Positions 21,328 through 33,333 of a stretch of 64,000 bases of DNA are shown here, piece by piece. The notes beneath the pieces were generated by a model, which worked only from the letters and a program-made list of their open reading frames with translations, had not been told where the DNA came from and searched no databases. How positions within the stretch are numbered: position 1 is the stretch's first letter; every line of letters begins with the position of its first letter. Origin of the DNA: Flectonema sp. DT1601 (lineage: Eukaryota); contig OZ025785.1 of the NCBI GenBank assembly GCA_964019425.1, positions 1,364,001 to 1,428,000 of the forward strand, read 5' to 3'. The position numbers were made by a program, and so were the translations under genes.

Positions 21328-21773
21328 GTAGTGTATTTAACTTACTTTATGTGTAATAAAACACTTTGGATCTTATGAATCCAATTTGTTTATTTTCTTT
21401 TATTTCTGTTGTTTTTGCTAACTTGTTCGTCGACAGTATTTAAATGTGACGTTGACGCCTTGTGATTATAGAAACTTTTCTTTTTTTTAAAAAAAAAAAC
21501 TCTCCCCCCCTTCCCCCTTTTTTTTTTAAACCTAACAGGAGGTTTTATGTGTTTCAGAATTTAAATACCTGTAATCGTTCACTATAATTAATTTTATTTG
21601 TTTCTTGCTAGCCAGACATTCGAAGTGAAATCGTTGTCTGGTCATTTTAACCTCGCTTGATACAGCTTTTTTATGCATAGCCCCCTCATCCCCCTTTTTT
21701 TTTTTTTTTTTTTAAAATTCCCTTTGCTGGTTCTTGCTCGTTGACAGTTTTTTTTGAATTTAAAAGGGTAGAG

Positions 21774-21805
<32 letters not shown>

Positions 21806-21987
21806 GTTTTCCCTTCATGCTGAAGAGCGACATTTTGCACCTGTGCGAACAGCTAAGTAAATATTATTATTTTATTATTAAAATTTAACTTTATTTTAAA
21901 TTGTCTGAATAGAAGTTATTTATTAAACAAGTATCCATCAACTGTTTCACAGGTTCAAAAAAAGAGGAATAAATTTGACAACAAAAA

Positions 21988-22083
21988 ATGGACACCTCCG
22001 CTGGAGATCTTCCCATCGAGACAATGATAGAGCTCATGAAAGACGCGGGAACTCCTGCTGTTGAAGCGGTATGTACTTTTTTC

Positions 22084-22116
<33 letters not shown>

Positions 22117-23339
22117 AACCTATTTTTTTAAAAAAATAGGTGAAAGAAACCGTACTAAAAGCAATAACAACTGTTTCACCAACTCAAGAAGTTGGAATTC
22201 AACCTTCTGCAGCATCCCCCAGTGGTAGCGGTTTTAGTAAAGTACCAGTCTTGGGTGCTGTTGGAGCTCTTATCGGAGGTGCTATCACTTTAGGAAAAGT
22301 AATACTTGCAAGCACTGTTGATGACGATCCTTTGATTAAGGAAGGCAAACGACTGATATCACTGGGCCAGTACTCAGATGCGAAAGACCGTTTCGACCAA
22401 GCAATAAGTGAAAATCCGAACCACCCAACCGCCTACAACAACAGAGCTGTCGCCTTCTTCTATCTCCTCTGTTATGAAGACTGTATACGTGATTGTGATA
22501 AACAACTACAATTATGTCCTGAAAATCATAAACCATTATCTAATAAAGCCATGGCACAGGAAGCTTTAACCCAGTACAGTGAAGCCATTGCTACTTGGAA
22601 AACACTTCTTGCAACGCAGAGAAAACAAAGCACATTCGTAAGCCTCGGAAACTTATACATGAAGGTAGGCGGTTATAAGGAAGCGAAAATGGCATTTACC
22701 GAGAGTTTAAAAATAAGTGGCGGCGGTAAGTATACCGACTTAGACATAGAGTCGTTGGCGGGGAGAGCTGAAGCTAAATTCCGACTTGGTGATGAAACAA
22801 CTACGGCTCTAGAAGATATTGAGAAAGCGATAACACAGTCTGGTGGTGCTGCTGCTGAGTTCTTTGATACGAAAGGACGAATTCTACTTTCGGAAGGTGA
22901 TCATCAAAATGCTATCATAGCCCTCAGTAGATCTATACAACTTAGTCCAACAAAAGAATCACATTATAGTAGAGCAATGGCTTATAATGGTATTCAAGAC
23001 GGTACCAATGCAATAAAAGACTTATCAATTGCATCATCTATGGGGATGTTGGTCGCGCAAGTTCGCAAAGCAGATCTCCTTCTCGCATACGCAAGCAGTA
23101 ACCAAGATCGTATCGCTGCTCTTACTGAAGCTAGTAAGGCGGTTCAGAAAGAGCCGAGTTGTTTTCCTGGGAGTTATAATACCCGTGGGAGTATACAGTT
23201 GTCGTTGGGAAATTATTCTCAGGCTTTGAAGGATTTTAAAATAGCTGAAGAGATTATGATTAAAGGAAATATGATTGACAGCGAAGACTTTAAACAGCTT
23301 AGGCTTAATATATTATCAGCTCAGGGTAGACCAAGTTAG
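21988..23339 (+). CDS. TPR protein with N-terminal hydrophobic anchor, two exons (21988-22068, 22140-23339)
   Basis: The GTATGT..ATAG intron at 22069-22139 supplies an ATG exon. Hydrophobic VLGAVGALIGGAITLGKVIL is followed by multiple TPRs (AYNNRA, LSNKA, SYNTRG). Confidence 0.85.
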
Positions 23340-23797
23340 TTCCTTTCAATTATATGAGCGGCACTACCAAAAGCAAGCCACCTGCTGCAGTGCTTCTGAG
23401 TTCCTCTCAGACATTTTGCAGTTTTTGTTGATTTTTCAATTTTTCTTTTTAAAAAAAAAAATAAAAAAAAATCGCGTGATTTTCTGAAACACCGTCGGTG
23501 TTTTTACAAGGAAGTTAGTAGACGATATTCTGTGTGGGAATAGCTGTTTTATTGAAGATAAGTTCAGACTTTTTTTTTTTTTTTCGTTTATTTTTAATAA
23601 TGCATGTTTATGTTTTGTGTATCGTGGGATGAAAAACCAAAGAGAATTGTATTCGTCCTGAAGGTCGGATTTGCTGTTTCGTACATAACTCTTCCAACTA
23701 ACACTATAATAGAATCTGATGAGATGAATGTAGTTATTATTGTACTTTGGTGATAGACGAGGAGGGACCAAAACCAAACAAATGGAAAAAAAACCAA

Positions 23798-23919
23798 CTC
23801 AGATTAAGGAGCCGTTTATTTATTATGTTTCAATGTTATGTATTTTTTCCCTGTGCCTCTTTCGGTAATACCGTCTGCAATCCATAAAAGACTATAACTG
23901 AATAGTTTTTTTTTTTTTT
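23798..23919 (+). repeat. Short dispersed element, copy 2 (more diverged)
   Basis: GATTAAGGAGCCGTTTATTTATTATG..CAATGTTATGTATTTTTTCCCTGTGC..GTAATACCGTCTGCAATC..GAATAG(T)n. Confidence 0.75.
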
Positions 23920-24401
23920 AAAAAAGCCCTTTTTAGTAGTAAAAAAGCTTTCTAATTGTTAGTTCTAAAAATCAGTTTAATTATTTTTCTCAAAAAAAAA
24001 AAAAAGAAAAAATACTTTACTATTTTTTTTTGCATCACGCAAAAAACATCTGTTTTCTTGCCCTCATAGATTTTATTTGCCTCATCATGTGACTGAAATA
24101 ACTTTTTTGTATTATCGAAAAAAAAAAAAAAAAAAAAAGAAAATGTTAATATTATTACTGAGGAACTGTTTAATTTAGTTTTTTTTATTTTATTTCTTTG
24201 ATCGGATTTTATCTATTGTTGTAAAAAAAAAAAGGAAGAAATGTTGTGACTCTTGTCAATCTCATCGCCCTTTTTTCTACACGGATGTTATGTAGTTAAA
24301 AAAAAGGAACAAAAATAGCTTTTTCTTTTTTTTTTTGTTTAAAAAATTTTCCTTCCCCTCTGTCAGTTTTTCTTACTTTACACAAATAAAACAAAATAAA
24401 A

Positions 24402-25007
24402 ATGGTTTCGACAACAGCAGGCACAAACAACACTGATAGTACTACTGGTACCCTTGTCAATCCTCACATTTGCGTTTGCAAGGCGAACTTATGGTGCAAT
24501 CAACGAGTCATAAAATCCGTAATGTCACTCCGTTGCTTCGAATGTAAGGCCAACAGAAAATTGAATAAAAATCAAGTTTGGTATGAATGGAAGTGTGACA
24601 CATTTCATAAAACATCAAAGTGTCCGTTAGGAAACAAGTGTCCAAAGATACATATTTACTATTCAAAGATGCAAGCAAGGAACGCAGCTTTGGATAAGAA
24701 GCAACGCAACAGCGACACTGATTCATCTTCAACAGTAGACAGACTACCGCGGAAAACTGCGGTTTCGAGAATTAGTAATTATGTTAGTTGTTCCCCTCCT
24801 TCTTCTTCTTCATCCTATTCGAGCTATTCATCTGAAGCTGACTCTACGGAAACGATGGATGCGGAGTTGTTGAACTCTTCTGGGGCTTTAGATCCGTATT
24901 CTTCAGAGAACTTTTCTGAAGTACGTGTTCATTCTGCTTTGTGTAATCCTCATGTTAAAGAACAATTCACTGAAGATATGGCTGTCTATCTTACGGCTGT
25001 TGCTTAG
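24402..25007 (+). CDS. CCCH zinc-finger protein, paralog 1
   Basis: C-x8-C-x5-C-x3-H (CDTFHKTSKCPLGNKCPKIH) preceded by additional Cys/His pairs, Ser-rich tail. Clear paralog at 32239. Confidence 0.85.
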   Translation: MVSTTAGTNNTDSTTGTLVNPHICVCKANLWCNQRVIKSVMSLRCFECKANRKLNKNQVWYEWKCDTFHKTSKCPLGNKCPKIHIYYSKMQARNAALDKKQRNSDTDSSSTVDRLPRKTAVSRISNYVSCSPPSSSSSYSSYSSEADSTETMDAELLNSSGALDPYSSENFSEVRVHSALCNPHVKEQFTEDMAVYLTAVA

Positions 25008-28000
25008 ATGAAAATAATATAACAAAATGTTGGTTGTACCTAGTCACATGTCGTGTGCCGAAGCGATATTAATGAGCAAACAAAAAAAATATTCCTTCCC
25101 CTTCTACTCTTTTTCTTTCTTGTCCATTATTACCTTGTATCGAAGGGAGAAAGTCTTCTAATTTGTTAAAGTGATTGCGTTTTCTTTTTTTTTTTGGATT
25201 CATATATAGCACTTGGTGGTGTTACGATTTAATATAAAAAAATATAAATATAAATAAAATAACTATCAAATATCCAATAATCCTTATCCTTGAGGTCTCG
25301 GTGGTGGTGAACATCCGCTGAGAGGGTTGAATTTTATTCTGAGGTATTTTTTTTTTATATTTTTTTTTTGTTCTTTTTAATCACCTCATAGACGCGCGCA
25401 TTACGAGTGTCGTGAATCTCTTTTTTATATTTTTTTTTTAAGGAAAATTTTTGTCTCTCTCATGTGACACGTTAACAGTGGTACTTATATTTTTAATTGC
25501 AAGTGGAGACATTCTCTCAAAGCTTTTAAAAAAAAACAAAAAACCGGAAACTGTTTTATTTTCTTTTAACTTTGTTCGTACGGCAGAAACCCGTCGTACA
25601 GAGAGATTTGTCGATAAGAAAATATCGGATTTCAATCTGAATAGTTTCTTCTCCGACTACGTAGGTACAAAAAAAAAATATTTTCATTTTATTGACACGT
25701 ATACAATAACAACTAGAACTAGTTGGTTACCCGTGGTGATAGTTTCAAACAATTTTTTTGTGATTGGAATATCATTTTATAAACACATTAATAGTTTATA
25801 ATTGTCTTTTTTTTTTTCTAAATCATTTGTAATCAATCAGCATCAACATACTGCGGATGTGTACACAGAAGATCTGCGTGTTTACTTGGACTAGCTTGAT
25901 ATCCAACAAACTACGAGCTTTTTTTTTTTTTTTTTTTGGTACAAAACTTGCTGAACTTGGAAAGAGAAATCGTTGTTTCAACACAAGTACGCGCGCGGAA
26001 TTCTCCAGAAAAAAATAATATCAGTCCTCGTAGCCAACCTGTCAAAGGCTGGCTGACTAACAGAAGTTGACTTTGATAATGATCTTGTGTTGCGGGTTCT
26101 CCTGCAGCATCCTCCCTTTTATCTTTTCACGAGAATTTCTTTTTTCTCGTCAAACAATTTACGTTGTAACATACTTTATTTATTACAAAACCCTTTTTCT
26201 TTTTTCTTCGTTAGTTGAAAGTGGTAGTTTTCGCCGATTTTATCTTTCTGAGCCATTCTTTATGTTTTTATTATGTTTATTTGCCTGCACAGGTTATTGT
26301 TTTCCTTCCCTTCCCTTTTTTTTTTTTTTTTTTTTTTTTTTTGTGTTCAGGTGAAATAAAAAGAAAATCTATTTATTACTCCAATCTCCTCTCCTCCACA
26401 TCGTTTCTTTTTTTGTTGTTTTTTCAAACCTGCACTGTGTGGGTTAAAGTGGACCTCCTTCCAGCCGAAAGCAATAATAACATGGTCGTCAAGTTTTTTT
26501 TTTCTTCTTTTTTTTTCTTCTGAATTTTGCTTTCTGACGAAAGTGAAAATTGTTAGAAGCAAACACAGAATTGTAAGGAAAATTCTTAGAAATTCTTTTT
26601 TTTTGATAACATACGTGAGCATAAAACTAAACAACATTAGTGTTGCTTTTCATTCCTATTTATAAAGTAGTCACTTTGGTTGAAACCGAATCCAGCATAT
26701 CTATGCTGAGCTTGTTCAATGTTCTACTGTTTTGTTTATTTGCGATAACTGGATGCTATTATAATCAATTACTAACTAATAACCTTAGATAAAAAGCTCG
26801 TCTTTTGACTCTCTTTCAGTTCTATAGGTATTTTCACGGTTTCTGCGTTTCGGAAACATCAAACGTGCTTGCAAGTCATAGCTTTGTCTTGTCTTTATTT
26901 TTTTTTTCCCCTCACATCCCCAAAAGTAATTTTCGTATTTCTTGTATTCGTTAAAACCTTTCTGTAGTTTGTTATTGTTGCAACTACTTAAATCTATAAA
27001 CTCATAAATCACTTTTTTTTTTTTTTTTTTTTGTTCTCTCATAGTATTTGAAGATGGGTCTCTTTTATACCTTTGAGGAACAGCAAAAAAAAGAATTGTT
27101 TTGTGTCTTTTCTTTCTTATTTCATCTCTCTAGCGTTTCTTCTCATTATCTTTGGCAGCTCTCATCGGAAGTTCATTTTTGATTCTGTTTCCTTAACAGA
27201 TTGCCATAAGAAAAATTACGAAATGGATTAAGCTGCCCTTTTGCTGCTTCAAAAAGGAGACGCTTCATCTTTTGAGAAGTGGGCGGCTTGTCGTCAATTA
27301 GGGACATGTCATAAGGGACGTACTTCTGGCTACTTCTGATTACTTCCATTTCACTGATTGAGGAGGACTTGAACTCGTGTCCCCAAAAAAAAAAAGTGTG
27401 CAGGAGAATTGAAGGGAACCACCAAAAATAAAATAAAAAAGAGAATCTTTTTTTAGCATTTCAACTATATTATTTTTTTTTTTTTTGTTGTATAATTGTG
27501 TATTTAAAAAAAAAAAAAAAAAAAAAGAAGAGAGATAGAAAAAAAAAAAAAAAAAAATCCTTATCTTAGGTGTTTTTTTTTTTTTTTTTTTTCCCTCTCA
27601 CTTTTTTTTTCTTTTTTCTTTCTCTTCACAATCAGGTTATCCTTGTTTGAAACCTATTCTTACTTGTATCAAACGGGTACCTTTTTATGCATGGTATTAA
27701 AATATCAACATTGCGACTATGCTAAGAAATGCAACATGAACCTGAGTTACTTGCGTATTGTGGGTTTTCTGGTTAGTTTCTTCTCTTACCACAGCCATTG
27801 GCACACTTCACTGTCGATACTACACAGTACTTCACAAGAGGTATTTTTCTTTATCTTCACTCCTCTCTCTCTCTATTTTGGTTTTTTAACAATTGCAAAA
27901 AGAAAAAAAAATGTCAATATTTGGGCAATTTCAGCAAATTGCTTTTTTAAAAAAAAATGCTGGAATCTATTTTTTGGTAAACGAAACTCTACTGTTAAAA

Positions 28001-31000
28001 TTAAGGTTGTCCTAGCGGTGTTCTTTATTTTCATGAACCTTGTTTGCTACCTTGCTCTTCCCATTGTATAAATCGTGTTCACCACGCCTTCTGAAATGGA
28101 GCTCCCCAAACCCCACCTTTCTTTGTTTTTTGTGGAATTAGAAAAACAACTGGATTTCGTACTGTTTTTTATCGTTTTTTTTTCTCCAAATTTTCGTTTA
28201 AAACTGATGATTACTGTGACTGAGTACACCACACGAGATAGATGTTTTATAGTTACATAATACAAGTATCTCTTACGTCTCTTTAGTTTGCTAATTCAAC
28301 ATTAAATACTGAGTCTTCGGATACTGTGAGTTACCAATCACTCATAGTAAAAACAAACGTAATGAAGTCCCTGGAACTTGTAAATGGGACGGTAATGATG
28401 TTTTTTTTTCTTTGACGTCGCACACACCAATCAATTTCATGTTCGCATTCAAGAGGTTGGCAGAATCTTTTTTAATATATCAGTCATTCCTTTTTTTTGC
28501 GAACAAATTTTAGACATTGAAAAAGATTTTCAAAAAAAAATTGTAAAATTTTCGATCGAAGCGGCATTTTAATGCGCTGCATCATTGGGTTCATTTCCGT
28601 CCGAAATCGGGAGGTTGGCATCACATACTTGTCACCCGAATTGAGAAAAGAGATTTTGTGGTTTACTAAATCAGCTCAGCCGTGGACAAGTACCAAAACT
28701 AAAAATTAATCGAAGGGTCTAATTTTACACTGCCGGTCCAGCGGGATCCAGAGAAAAAATAATCGAGCAAAAATATATTAAAGAGTACTAAGCATGTGCC
28801 GGTGAGGCAGATTGTTACTACCTGTCTTTTTGGACCTACTTTGATACTTAATGATCATTATCACCACCACAGATGCAACATTTTCCTTACATAATTGCTA
28901 CTAGGGTTGATTTGTTAGTAAAAAGGTGCATATCTCTTGAGTGCGGGAGAAGGGGGAAAAAATAGTGAAAAAAAAAAAATTAGGGGTGTTTTTTACTCAG
29001 ATTTTCTCGATCTTTCCATTCCAGGTCTGGGATTAATATTTATCATTGAGTAGTACCAAGGAAATTTTGCAAAGAGACGTTTATCTCTTTTTAGCAGCAC
29101 TTACCATGTTTAAAAGTATATCCCTATGCCTAATTTTACAGATCGCACCCTCCCCGATTCCAAAAAATAAAAAATCAAGCAAAAGTAACATATCGTGTAA
29201 CCTTGCTCAGGCGGTGAGAAAATGGTGTTTTTTGTTCACAAAAAAAAGGAATGACTGATATATATTTTTTTTTTTTTTTTTTTATATTTCTTATCTGTTC
29301 CTTACTTTTCGATCGACTTACCCCAATTTTTCTTAGTTGTCTTGTTCCTAACTAAACTAAACTAAACTGTTCCCTTCCCTTTAACTAAAATTTATTGCTT
29401 TAATGTTTGCTGGTACTCTCTATGCAGTGCTAAAGCCTTAGTTGAACGATTGTCGACATCGACAAAAAAAAAGTGAGATTTTTAATTTCCTTTTAAGAAG
29501 ATAGTAGTCGTTATGTTTTAGAGAAGGAATAGATGCAAGTACCGTCCTTTGTATAGGATATTCATATGTAATCTTTCCTTGTTTACTTTTTTTTTTTGTA
29601 CCAACATACTCCGCTGTTTCTTCTGATCATGACTGAGATCGTGTCTGATGTTCAACGAGGACTTCTTTATTTTCTTTCGTGGGAATGGCGGCATGTAGGC
29701 ACACTTGATTAATTCATCAAAGAACAAAGGTTATTTTCGTATGGAAACAAAAAAAAAAAAAAAAAAAAAAAATTATTTATCGCTCCCATCGTTTATCCCA
29801 TTCTATTGTTATGTAGTTTTTTTGTAACTGCTGTTCTAAAATGAAGCTTTAATCTTTTTGATTTCATTTTTTTTTGTTTTTTTTCAGTTTTTAAACTTAT
29901 TACCTTATTTTTAGTATTATAAAGCTTATTTACTGTATTCTTCTATAGTTGTGAAACTATCACTCCCCCCCCCCCGTTGGTCTCTTTTCATTGCAACCAG
30001 GTTTGGCCGAACCCTATATTCGTTTTAGCCAGTTTCAAGTTGCTTTATATTTTAATCACAGTATCAAGTTATCCCCCCGTCTATATTTAATCATAGTTAT
30101 CTACCCACATATTTATTATTACTTGTTCAACTTGTTAAAACAGCTGAGCGCGTGGTTGGTACACAACTTCCATATTCAGCATGGTACTACGGGTACATGG
30201 GATCTTTGTAAGATCTGCAGGATTCTACAAGTAGTATAAGGTTAAGGCCTATCGTTATGTATTCCTCAGTGTTAAGTTACATTGTCAAAGTTTCAAATTG
30301 GCAGTCAACTACAATAGTCTTTTGATACTTCAAAAACTTCTCAGTTTGTAACTTTTATGTCTCGCCTTGCATGGGTCTCAACGTTGTGGTACCAGCATGT
30401 AACAGTTGGTCTTTTTACATAAGAAACCGTGTTTTTTGCCGAATGTAATTTCATTTTTTATTAGTTTCAAGTTGGTTTCATAATATAGGTCATTCTGCAT
30501 AGCTACACAAGCAATCAAACAACTAGCTTGCATTTTTTTTCTCTTTTTTTTTTTTTTTTCAACAGTTAGTTCTAGTCTTTGAGCATGTTTTATAAAAAAC
30601 AAACAATTAGTGCATTTATATTTATGAGCAGCCTTCCTTTGACTTTGAATAATTGTAATTGCGGAGGTTGTTGAGCAGGTTCACTCCTGGTCATTTCATT
30701 TTCAACCCATCATTTTGTAGGGAATCTGCTGTACAGTAAAAAAAAGAGAATGTACTTGTACATGACGGGTCACTCGTACGGGTAGTATATCTTCGGGATT
30801 TAATAAATAAGAACATGTATATTAATTGGGGGGATGATTAGGTTGACATAATTCAACTGTTTCGAGTTAGACATTATGTTAACGTACCGCCCAATTTTAT
30901 ATTTAATGCCATAAATTAGAATTAGGACTGTGCACATTTCATCACGAGAACCGCTGCTGATTTCTTCTATTTCATTATTGCCCTGGACATAATACAATCA

Positions 31001-31572
31001 CGAGCTCAATAATTTTACGTTTGAAGAAGCGTGAAATTAGGGCTCATAATGCCACTGAGGTCATATTAACTCTCTTACTGATGCCTATTATCCACATCCC
31101 CTGGAAAATTATAAAATCACCCCCCCCAACAAGGAGTGCTGCAGTCTAAATAATTGATTGACTTACTTCTACACCATACTGATGATGAGAGAATAGAGGT
31201 AAAGAGGTATATGGATTACTCTCGAAACCTAATAGTTACTTTAAAAGGCTAAGTTAAGCATCACCATAGTCACTGTATCCTTAACAGATGTTAAACCATC
31301 GCTATGTTACGCGATACAAAACAGTTGTATTTTACAAATTCAAACATTCAACCCCCCAACAACACAATTACTATGATGTCAAAATCACTCGGACTATTAC
31401 GAGTTACTACACGACCACTATAACTTCACACTTTTTTGTGATAATTTCGATTTTCCAGTCATCTGCCTTGTAAGTATTATCGGGACCGTTTTATCTACTC
31501 TGCGAATGATGATAATTTGCACAGAAATAAAATTCGTTTACCGCAATAATTAAATCTTCAATCTTAAAAAAA

Positions 31573-31604
<32 letters not shown>

Positions 31605-32238
31605 GAGTAAAGAGAAAGTTGACCCAAGTGAAACTTTTCCTTTTGTGTAAAGCTCTTTACTCTGATTTAATCCTACTAATTTTTTTTTAAATATTTTTTT
31701 AAAAATAAAAAATAAATATTAATTCCTTCTACTGTATTTTAATATAGTGTAGTGGTTTAAAAGCCTTGTTGTCAGTTGACCTGAACCCACTTTATTGAGG
31801 GAGGTTGGCTGGTTGTACAAGTTTTGATAACTTCTGTGAAGGTTTCTTACTACCAAAATATCAAAATAAAAAATCACCTCCCCCCGTGTTGGTGGAAAAT
31901 TATATTTTCAATTTTTTCCACGAAAAACTTTCCTTCAAAGGAAAAAAAAAAAAAAAAAAAAAAGAATCGGCAAACTTCACTTTTTTACTTACTCACTCAC
32001 ACTTTTATTTTGTTTGTGCGCAACCGGGTACAAAATCCTAATAAAGGAATAGGTTAGTTACGCTGACACAATTCTCTTTCTACCGAAAAAATGGGTTTGT
32101 AGGTACAAAAAAAAAAAAAAAAAACGGGAACGTAGCATTGTCGGTTATAGTTGGTGAGTGAAGCTATATGTTTGATAGATTGTTTTATTTACTTTTTTCA
32201 TTTTCAGTTTTTTATTCGAACAAAAACAACAAATAAAA

Positions 32239-32694
32239 ATGACCAGCTCTAATCCACACGCCTGCACAACTTGTCATTCTAATTTGTGGTGTAATCAACG
32301 TGTAACGAAATCTGTTATGGCACTCCGATGCTACAAGTGTAAGTCGAACACAAAATTAGATAAGAATCAAGTTTGGTATGAGTGGAAGTGTGATACCTTT
32401 CACAAAACATCGGCATGTCCTCTTGGAGATAAATGTTTAAAGATGCATATCTACTACTCTAAAATTCAAGCAAGGAAGAGCATAGCTGCCTGGAGAGATA
32501 ATAATAGCGACTCAGATGAATCAACGGCATACGGATCTGCAGGGGGGACAGATACTACGAAGATGAGTGATACAGATTCTATTGAAGGAGGTCCCTCAGA
32601 CTCTTCAGATTGTATCTCAGAAGCTTCCACTGAGCAAAGTGACATCCCTGGTCTTCCTGACGATATCGCTGTACAGCTTGCGGCCATCGCATAG
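32239..32694 (+). CDS. CCCH zinc-finger protein, paralog 2
   Basis: CDTFHKTSACPLGDKCLKMH. Shares NLWCNQRV.KSVM.LRC and KNQVWYEWKCDTFHKTS with 24402-25007. Confidence 0.85.
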   Translation: MTSSNPHACTTCHSNLWCNQRVTKSVMALRCYKCKSNTKLDKNQVWYEWKCDTFHKTSACPLGDKCLKMHIYYSKIQARKSIAAWRDNNSDSDESTAYGSAGGTDTTKMSDTDSIEGGPSDSSDCISEASTEQSDIPGLPDDIAVQLAAIA

Positions 32695-33298
32695 ATCCAT
32701 CTCAAGTTCCTACTATTTCCCCCTTCAAAAAACTAATGGTATCCCTCAGCTGTTGTGATTATCCATTGTCTAGCAGCATTTTTTTCATGGGAAATTTAAT
32801 ATCTTGCTTGCTTCTTACTACGGCAAGTTAATAAATACCATAATGTTTTCGGAGGGAGGTACGAATGAGTTTTTTCGTTTACTAATTTTCATTCTATGCT
32901 GAAGGTTTTATAAATAACCTGATGGTATCAGATTTCCAATTCTCACACGAAACTTGGTATCAACTTTGTGAATTTTCATTTACGAATTCGCTCTATAACG
33001 CTATATAACGTTTCCTTGACGGGGGAGAGTGCAGGCACTACTCTTTTTAAAAAAAAAAAAAAATAAAAAAAAAAAGGAAAGGTTTTAATCGGAAACATAA
33101 GCAGCACTCGTTTGTTGGCCCTGTCGGTGTTGTCGACGGATGCGCTCTTCCATGAACAGCTTTTGTTTGATCTGTTTATTTCCTTACTACAATAATTATA
33201 AAAAGTACTTGATTTTGTATAATGTCAAAGTTTCACACACACACCCCTGCTATTATTTGAACCACCTGTCAATGTTTCATAATACATTGCTGCGACCC

Positions 33299-33333
<35 letters not shown>

